A DNA stretch of 63,819 bases, counting the filler, from Octopus bimaculoides (taxonomy: Eukaryota), in the NCBI RefSeq assembly GCF_001194135.2. It is 6 parts of 5 records of this genome, joined end to end, with 100 filler letters (N's around TTAATTAATTAA, not from the genome) between each part and the next. Parts side by side here need not be neighbours in the genome. Positions count along the whole stretch, not along the records: positions 62,819 to 63,819 come from NC_068982.1; 5 more parts are not named here. The stretch is one strand, 5' to 3'. Below the pieces are notes generated by a model that saw only the letters and a list, made by a program, of their open reading frames with translations, searched no databases and was not told the DNA's origin. This document shows, one piece after another, positions 62,880-63,819 of the stretch (its first letter is position 1; each line of letters starts with the position of its first letter). Made by a program: the position numbers and the translations under genes.

Positions 62880-63819
62880 TTCCACCTTTATGGATAGGAC
62901 ATATGGTGCTTTACTTCAGCTTTTTGGGAAGTTTACCATTTGCAAGGAAACTCTGGAAGAGTATCCGGAGTGGTCCTGCTAATTCTTGTTTACACGACTT
63001 TAAGAGGACAGCTGGGAAACCATCGGGGCCAGTTGCCGAATTTGAGCTCATTTCATTTATGGCAGCTATCACATCTTCCTCTTCAATGTCGATGTAGGTA
63101 ATGGATGCAGTCGTTTTCTGCTGAGTGCTAGTGTCAAAGAAATCAGCAGGATTCTTTATCTGCATGTGACTCAGAGGAGAGGTGAAGACACTCTTGAATT
63201 GTGTACTGAGCACTTCACTTATCCATGTGGGATCTGCAGTCAGTGAGAAATTAGGCAGGAATAGGGGTCCTATCTTATACTGCACCGTAGAAGACTCTTT
63301 TGCAAATCTATAGAAAGCGTTGGGGTTTTTTTTTATGCTTTCTACTGCTGTCTTCTACTTCTCTGCTCTCTCCTTTTCATGGGAGAGTTTAATTTTGTTT
63401 TCTATTTCTAACAGTGTTAGTTTTAATTTAGCCCTTTTCCTATCCTCCAGTTCTCTATTTAACTGGTTTGAGACCATTGTTCTGTGTATCATAGGATTTT
63501 CCTGTCTCTAGGAATTCTATTGGCATGTTTGCTGGTCTTTCTATATGGCACGTATTTGGTGCATATGTCTTGTATGGTTGACATAAAATGACTTAGTTTG
63601 AGGTCATTGTCCTGTATAGAAAGGCTGTCATACCAGTTTTGATTTCGAGTCTCTCTGTGAATTGACTTCCAGTCCGCCCTGTGGAAATTCAGGTTGGATA
63701 TTGCTTGAGTCCTCCTGGTGGGGTGGGTGTCAGTGGGTTGTCTAGGACCATACATAGTTAATTCTATAATGTTATGATCTGAGAGGGATGTGGGCGTTAT
63801 TTTCACATTATGGATTAGG
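62880..63819 (-). mobile_element. CR1-clade LINE ORF2 fragment (APE end to RT start), continuing beyond the window
   Basis: SLSDHNII..NLNFHRADW..; TQFKSVFT..SATGPDGFPAVLLKSCKQELAGPL..LF..SF..GKLP. Confidence 0.85.

Noticed and set aside
1-63819. CRISPR arrays, rRNA, bona fide tRNA genes, prokaryotic operons
   Set aside because: Eukaryotic intron-exon DNA; tRNA-like motifs are SINE heads; no repeat-spacer array seen.

Overview
AT-rich, microsatellite-dense animal genomic scaffold with many N gaps. The SINE/LINE repertoire and the 44N-TTAATTAATTAA-44N gap linkers suggest an octopus (coleoid cephalopod) assembly; this is inference. The only well-supported host gene is the 3' end of the DNA helicase DDX11/ChlR1: six + strand coding exons from 3235 to 27930, all GT-AG and phase-compatible, with AATAAA at 28034. 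Most of the rest is transposon debris: at least four SINE families, RTE, R4/Dong, Tx1/L1 and CR1 LINE fragments, two ORF1-only (gag-like CCHC) retroelement relics, maT, Tc1 and mariner transposases, and hAT MITEs. The most interesting unexplained signals are RNA-level. (1) A complete type I hammerhead ribozyme (45204-45269) lies inside a 520-bp-period unit with 124-bp terminal direct repeats, a retrozyme/circular-RNA-like architecture. (2) A second, related hammerhead sits in a fold-back inside a DDX11 intron; the antisense copy keeps the core and the sense copy has lost it. (3) There is a pre-miRNA-like hairpin and several long palindromes. (4) A Tx1 LINE is flanked by (ATCT)n, Dong elements sit in (TAA)n, and there are orphan exon-like sequences of an unrecognised gene. 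Repeat boundaries are approximate.
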